64,000 nt of DNA from Candidatus Bathyarchaeota archaeon (GTDB taxonomy: Archaea > Thermoproteota > Bathyarchaeia > 40CM-2-53-6): contig CAVTBR010000002.1 in assembly GCA_963733055.1 (NCBI GenBank), positions 160,001 to 224,000 on the forward strand, in the 5' to 3' direction. A model generated the notes under the pieces. The model saw only the letters and a program-made list of their open reading frames with translations, made no database searches and had not been told where the DNA came from. Positions 58,907 to 64,000 of this stretch are shown piece after piece. The first letter of the stretch is position 1. Each line of letters begins with the position of its first letter. Position numbers and translations under genes: made by a program.

Positions 58907-58946
58907 AGCCTACAAGGCTCACTTAACTCGAAGGGAGTAGGCCGGG

Positions 58947-59348
58947 CTACTTGAGCGGGACATACATACTTGATCGGGATGCGCCAATACCCGGTGTCCC
59001 ATGCTGGACTTTCTTGTTCGTGATTACGAATTCTCCGACATAGTGGCCTAACATTTCGGGTTTAATGTCGAGTGAGGTGAACTCCTTCCCACTGTGAATC
59101 AGCAGGTTCAAACCTACCATTTCTGGGATGACCACCATGTCTCTGCAGTGCGTTTTGATGGGTTTGGCATCCTTCGTCTTGGCTCTGCGGTAATTTCGGA
59201 TGAGCTCCATCAGTGTTCTTTGGTCAGTGGTTAATCCTCTTGTAAGCGAACGTCTTTGCCTCGAAGGTAGAATTCTTATGAATTCGTCCATGGACATCTG
59301 TTGCAACGCTTCGAAAGTATGTCCCCTGTACAGGAATTCACGAGGCAA
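58947..59348 (-). CDS. rps19: 30S ribosomal protein S19 (uS19)
   Basis: FLYRG, IKTHCRD, MLGHYVGEF, RSSMYVPLK. Confidence 0.97.
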   Translation of the reverse strand: MPREFLYRGHTFEALQQMSMDEFIRILPSRQRRSLTRGLTTDQRTLMELIRNYRRAKTKDAKPIKTHCRDMVVIPEMVGLNLLIHSGKEFTSLDIKPEMLGHYVGEFVITNKKVQHGTPGIGASRSSMYVPLK

Positions 59349-59420
59349 TGCTTAGCACATCAGCGTTGGTTTGGTTCTGTTCTAATTAATGTTGCCGTAA
59401 GTCTTGTTTGATGATCGTCC

Positions 59421-59690
59421 CTATAGTATGCCCAACCTGACGGCTAGGTCAGATGCTTTGAAATCCTGCGTAAGTTTGACAAATGCTTTCTTGTCCCCCT
59501 CTGGGGTGATCAGAGTCTTTACGTCTCGAACCCTAACCTCATAGAGTTCTTGGATGGCCCGTTTGATGTCATGCTTGTCGGAGAGTACGTCAACGATGAA
59601 AGTTATTTTATTCTCAGCCTCGAGTAGAGTGACGGCATCTTCTGAAAGTAGCGGGTACCTAACCACATCCCTAGTCGCGATCTTCGTCAA
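59421..59690 (-). CDS. rpl23: 50S ribosomal protein L23 (uL23)
   Basis: ENKITFIV, GDKKAFVKL, LGIL. Confidence 0.95.
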   Translation of the reverse strand: MTKIATRDVVRYPLLSEDAVTLLEAENKITFIVDVLSDKHDIKRAIQELYEVRVRDVKTLITPEGDKKAFVKLTQDFKASDLAVRLGIL

Positions 59691-60482
59691 CTTGATGCTC
59701 CTCCGACGCGGGTCTCAAGCCCTTTGATAGCTGACTCGGTCCAAATGGTCAACCGGCCCGGCTGAGTCCCTGGAGCCAAATCACTGACGTTCAAGCTAGA
59801 TACCTCAACTACTCGGACACCGCTAAAATTGCCGAAAGCCATTTCCGCACCCTGGCGTTTCGAAACTACAATCAACGCACTGACTCGGTTCTTGTGAGGA
59901 CGGCCGCGCACACTGCCCTTGCCGCTTCTAATCTTTCGATCGGAAGCCCGTTCAACATCCTCCCACAAACCCATGTTCTTGAGGACTTTCTCTGCTTCAG
60001 AGCTCTTCGTTAGTTTCTCGGCATCATCCGAAACGACGAGTGGTAATTCTAAGTCGGCTGCGATCCTGTGTCCGCGGGCTTGAACCATTGGTCTAGATGA
60101 GGTAGCAGCGACAGCTGAGATCATTGCAAGCCTGAGCTCCTTTTTGTTAATCTTCTTACCGGACTGCTTCGCTGACGTTGGTGGAAAAGTCAACCGCCCC
60201 TTAACTGTGGAGGGCGCAAACCCGGCCAACCCACCCCTAGCGTACCTTTCTCCTTTCACGCGTGGGATTCTAGACATTCCGCAGTCCAACTCCCAAAGAT
60301 TGGGCGGTTGTTCTCTTGCCCGCCATCGGATTCCGCCCTTGAGGTTGGAAGGAGTGACTTTGAATGGCTACTACGGCGCGTCGTATGAGGTCGCCCCGGA
60401 CTGGGGCGTCAAAGAATCGAGGAAGAGGAACCTGGCCAGCAGATTTTCCCTCCGCGTCATAAAGTGGAACAGATTTTGGCAA
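59687..60482 (-). CDS. rpl4: 50S ribosomal protein L4 (uL4) (apparent +1 frameshift at ~60283)
   Basis: RGDLIRRAV, AGKRTTA; removing base 60283 gives GVGRGMSRIPR; KINKKE, LAPGTQPGRLTIWT (265 codons). Confidence 0.95.
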
Positions 60483-60488
60483 TACTGA

Positions 60489-61355
60489 TCACTTTAGTTT
60501 CATTTCGTTTAGCATGCTCAACGTGATGAATAAAGCCTCTTCTGTTCGAACGGTCGCTACTTGCTGAGCAGGGACGGTGTTTACGAAGTAATGAAAGAGA
60601 TCCATTGGTTTCTTGTCTTCTTCTCTGAGAATTTCCGGTAAACCCCGTCGAGGGGAGCCAAAAACGATCAGAACCGATTCAACATTATTCAGCAACTTGC
60701 TGATCTCTAACCAAACCTCCTGTGCAGGAGTCCCAAATCGGGATGTACCGATTCTTAGGTTGAATTGCTCCCGTTGAAGCATACTTGCAAGCTTGAGCTT
60801 TGATCGAGTCACTCGGTAACCCCAATACATGCCCGTCGTGGAGGCTTCGACGATTTCCCCACGCAAGCCCTTCCTTAGTTCAGTGAGTCGAAGAGTGATT
60901 CTGTCGCCGATCGGATAGCTGCCTTGACATTCGACGGTTTCTTTCAGCCCAGAATCCACCCGCACAGATGTACCGTCACGCGCCACAACGACGCCTTCCC
61001 TAAAATCCCCCGCTTTGACTTCCGACAAAGAACTCGGAACATTGTGAGGAGGAGTTTGCAGCGGGGGCAATATGCCCGTGAACTCGAACGTTGGGCTCAG
61101 CTTGAACAGTCGTCTGCGCAAATATTGCGGCGTCTCAATAAAGGTCAGAATGTCGAAGCAGAACTGAAGGTCGACCCTCTGATCGCGGTTAGGGTCGTCG
61201 GGGTAGAGGATGATCTCTGTGACGCCGAAAATTGAGCATGCACGCGCAATTGCTCCAAGTTTTGCAGTTTTCTCACGCAAATGCGGCGTGTCCGAAGCAA
61301 CCGAGCCAGGAATAGCGACAGAGAACCTTTTCCACACACGCGCCTCACCTGCCAA
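60489..61355 (-). CDS. SPOUT RNA methyltransferase (DUF171 / C9orf114-like)
   Basis: VAIPGS, IARACSIFGV, ETPQYLR, FGSP, TVRTEEA; normally precedes L3. Confidence 0.9.
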   Translation of the reverse strand: MAGEARVWKRFSVAIPGSVASDTPHLREKTAKLGAIARACSIFGVTEIILYPDDPNRDQRVDLQFCFDILTFIETPQYLRRRLFKLSPTFEFTGILPPLQTPPHNVPSSLSEVKAGDFREGVVVARDGTSVRVDSGLKETVECQGSYPIGDRITLRLTELRKGLRGEIVEASTTGMYWGYRVTRSKLKLASMLQREQFNLRIGTSRFGTPAQEVWLEISKLLNNVESVLIVFGSPRRGLPEILREEDKKPMDLFHYFVNTVPAQQVATVRTEEALFITLSMLNEMKLK

Positions 61356-61596
61356 CGAGCAACACTCCCGCCAAATGTCGGTTCCCAGAAGATGAATCTA
61401 ACTCATCAGAGGTCCATAGTTGAGGGACAGAAAAGCCTAGTTTTGCGCCGAAGGCGACATAGGCATGTGATCTACTAGTCGACGAACACTCTGAGAACCC
61501 TCCCATATTGAACTCTTGATGTTACCGAAGTGTCGTTTTGGTGGTGACAGTATACGTATGACCACGGATTCCATGTTTCCATGCAGGCGTGATTCC

Positions 61597-61758
61597 ATGG
61601 AAGTCGTTGGTAAGTCAACGATTACGGGAAAATATCAATTGACGCTCCCGAAAAGTGTGAGAGAATTCCTCAGAGCCGACAACGGCGACCTAATTGTGTT
61701 CATCAGAGACCACGATAAGATTCTGGTAAAGCGAGGCACAGTGAAGATCGAGGAATGA
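61597..61758 (+). CDS. AbrB/MazE/SpoVT-family DNA-binding protein
   Basis: STITGKYQLTLPKSVREFL...GDLIVF. Confidence 0.85.
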   Translation: MEVVGKSTITGKYQLTLPKSVREFLRADNGDLIVFIRDHDKILVKRGTVKIEE

Positions 61759-61798
61759 ATTTCTCGGAGCCTATGAACGCCTCCAAGACTGAATTGAA

Positions 61799-62134
61799 TT
61801 GCGGCAACCACATCTCGAGTTCAACGATGCCCTGCTAGAATCCGTAGACGAAACCATTACGAGTCTACTTAGTCGAGGCGTGGCTGACGCGCTCTATGCT
61901 CATATCAAAACCTTTCACTCTATTTCGAGGGATGAGCTACCTTACCGACTTGACACTCTACTGACTGCGTTAGAGAAGATATTTGGCGTTCGCGGTTCAC
62001 AGACCATAACAAAAGTCATCGCCAGGACGTTTTATCTCAAATTGGGGCTCGAGTTTGCAGGCAATCCGAACCGGACTTTAGCCGAGTATGTTGATGAAGC
62101 GAAAATGAAGCTGAATGTTTCACATCAGAGGTAG
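61799..62134 (+). CDS. small helical signalling-associated protein (DUF3227/NitrOD5-like)
   Basis: LLESVDE...ALEKIFG...VIARTFY pattern, next to a sensor gene; family call from memory. Confidence 0.55.
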   Translation: MRQPHLEFNDALLESVDETITSLLSRGVADALYAHIKTFHSISRDELPYRLDTLLTALEKIFGVRGSQTITKVIARTFYLKLGLEFAGNPNRTLAEYVDEAKMKLNVSHQR

Positions 62135-62144
62135 TTGAGTAAGT

Positions 62145-64000
62145 GTGTTGATAATGAAAAAGATGGAAAGAACGAGGAAACGAAACGTAACTGAGGGCAG
62201 GTCGATGAAGGTGAAACGACTGCAGCAGAACACTAAGCGGAAGTTCAAGACTGGACCCACTAAGTACGAAACGATGCTGCACGCATTACACATGCACGCG
62301 TCGCAACTCAGCGTAGCGAAGAATATCGAAACGATAATCGATCGGACTCTTGACGCGATGGAGGCTTCACTTGGATTCAAACACAACGAATTCCTGCTGG
62401 CGGAAAAGGGCGCTCTGCAAATAAAGGGAAACAGAGGCCAACCCACAGCATTCTCAGCCTACCCGCTCGACGGACGTGGGCTAGTAGTCAAAGCTGCGAA
62501 TACGAGAACGACACTCATGATTCACGATACGCGAAAAGAACCCGACTATGTGGATAATAAAGGATACGACTGGACCGGACCTCACACTTACCTTTCGGAA
62601 CTGATTGTACCAGTACTTGTGGGCGCTGAGACGGTTGCAGTCCTATCCGTGGACAGCGCTCAACTACACAAGTTCACTGACGATGATCAGAGACTCCTCG
62701 AAACACTAGCCGTACACGTAGGATCAGCACTCGACCGCTCGAAACAAGAAGAGCAACGTGCCAAGTATGCGACTGGGCTGTTGGCGTTACACAGGCACGC
62801 ATCTCAACTTAGCATGGCGAAGAGCATAGACACTCTCGTCAAGCAAACTTTAGAGGCAATAGAGCTTACACTCGGATTCCAGTACGCCGACTTCATGTTA
62901 GTAGAAAACCGTTCTCTAGTAACCAAAAGGAGCATAGGTCAAATCCCAACCCTCCTAGTGCTACCATTGGATGGCCGTGGGTTGGCGGTTAGGGTTGCGA
63001 AGACCAAGCTGACGCTCAGAATATCAGACACCCGGAAAGAACCCGACTATGTCGACCTAAAGGGGTACGATTGGAACGGCGCGCCCAGCATGCTCTCAGA
63101 GCTGATTGTGCCCGTCCTTGTCGACGCTGAAGTACTCGCAGTCTTAGCCGTGAGCAGCATACGCCTTGACGCCTTTACCGATGACGACCAGAAACTCTTG
63201 GAGACTTTGGCCATTCATGTAGGCACGATGCTTGCGCGCCTGAGAAACGAAGAGGAACTTCAGAAAAGCGAGCAACGTTACCACTCTCTATTTCAAAATA
63301 TGTTGGAGGGGTACTGCGTACTGTGAGATGATTTTCGATGCCAATAGGCGTCCGCTAGATTTTGTCTATCTTGACGTTAACAGCGCCTTTGGCAGGCTGA
63401 CTGGTTTGGAAGACGTGGTCGGAAGGAGAGTAACTGAAGTGATTCCGGGGATAAGGGAAGAATATCCTGAGCTCTTTGAGAGATATGGACGAGTTGCCTT
63501 GACGGGCAAGCCCGAGAAGTTCGAAATCGATCTAAAATCGTTGGGGATTAGTCTGGCCATTTCAGTTTCTAGTTCAACGAAAGGAAAGTTCATTGCCGTT
63601 TTCGAGAACGTTACTGAAAGCAAACGTATGGACAGAGCGCTACGGGAGAGTGAGGATAAGTATCGGGCAATTGTTGAGCATTCGCCCAATATCATCGGCA
63701 TCTTCCAGGACGGAGTGCTGAAGTACGTCAACACCGTCGTACTCCCTAGATTAGGTTGGACTTACCAAGAGCTTGTATCACCTTCTTTTGACGTAATAGA
63801 AAACGTTGTGGCGCCGAAATCTAGGGGTTTGCTCAAGGAAAACCTTGGCAAGAGGCTGCGTGGCGAAGAGATCGTTCCCTACGAGATCAACCTGACGAAG
63901 AAGGATGGTTCGGAGATTCCCGTCTTGGTTAGAGCAACGAGAATCATTTACAATCAGAAACCGGCAATTGAGTTCGTCTTCGACGATATTACCGAACGCA
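62145..64000 (+). CDS. GAF-GAF-PAS-PAS sensor protein (probable kinase), apparent +1 frameshift at ~63315, runs off right edge
   Basis: Two GAF repeats (SELIVPVLV...FTDDDQ). Removing T63315 gives EGYAYCEMIFD...DFVYLDVNSAF and a second PAS (YRAIVEHSP...). Confidence 0.85.

Noticed and set aside
59687-60482. L4, MEMO1, PPK3-like and sensor genes as pseudogenes, programmed frameshifts or further BHB introns
   Set aside because: Each break is a single base with no slippery run or BHB structure, all fall on CGCG, and L4 is essential; a sequencing artefact is more likely.
61597-62134. Toxin-antitoxin pair
   Set aside because: The downstream protein shows no PIN, MazF or RelE motif.
1-64000. CRISPR array, rRNA, transposase or integrase genes; many antisense ORFs in the track
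   Set aside because: No regularly spaced repeats or such genes were seen by eye; the antisense ORFs shadow well-supported genes.

Overview
Archaeal chromosome segment from the TACK group. Gene content, very frequent TTG/GTG starts, PEF-CTERM proteins and a degenerate KaiC/RAD55 gene suggest Bathyarchaeia; this is inference and no search was run. Both ends carry the ribosomal superoperon on the minus strand: L4 to secY-adk-DUF106-L34e-cmk-L14e-cbf5-tRNA-Ser at 41.9-61.4 kb, and S13-S4-rpoD-L18e-L13-S9-rpoN-S2-MEMO1-mvk at 0-6.6 kb. Six normally present genes (L3, L2, S8, L18, L30, S11) are cleanly missing from it. The ~35 kb between holds: a phosphate/polyphosphate module (phoU x2, pstB, pstSCA, ppx, a single-chain tandem thymidylate-kinase-like PPK3 candidate, a CHAD-SixA fusion with a ~135-aa polybasic tail, an atypical pyruvate kinase); a 1462-aa PEF-CTERM surface glycoprotein; an Opp-type ABC + SDR + class III aminotransferase + FGGY kinase + class II aldolase cluster; chrA; and a ~1-kb integrase-less cassette flanked by a duplicated tRNA 3' end. 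Read directly from the sequence: a 19-nt bulge-helix-bulge intron in the catalytic Asp codon of cbf5, a probable two-intron tRNA-Ser(GGA), and a structured rpoD leader. Four frameshifts and three Arg-to-Cys changes all fall on CGCG, which points to a DNA-methylation-linked sequencing artefact rather than real pseudogenes.
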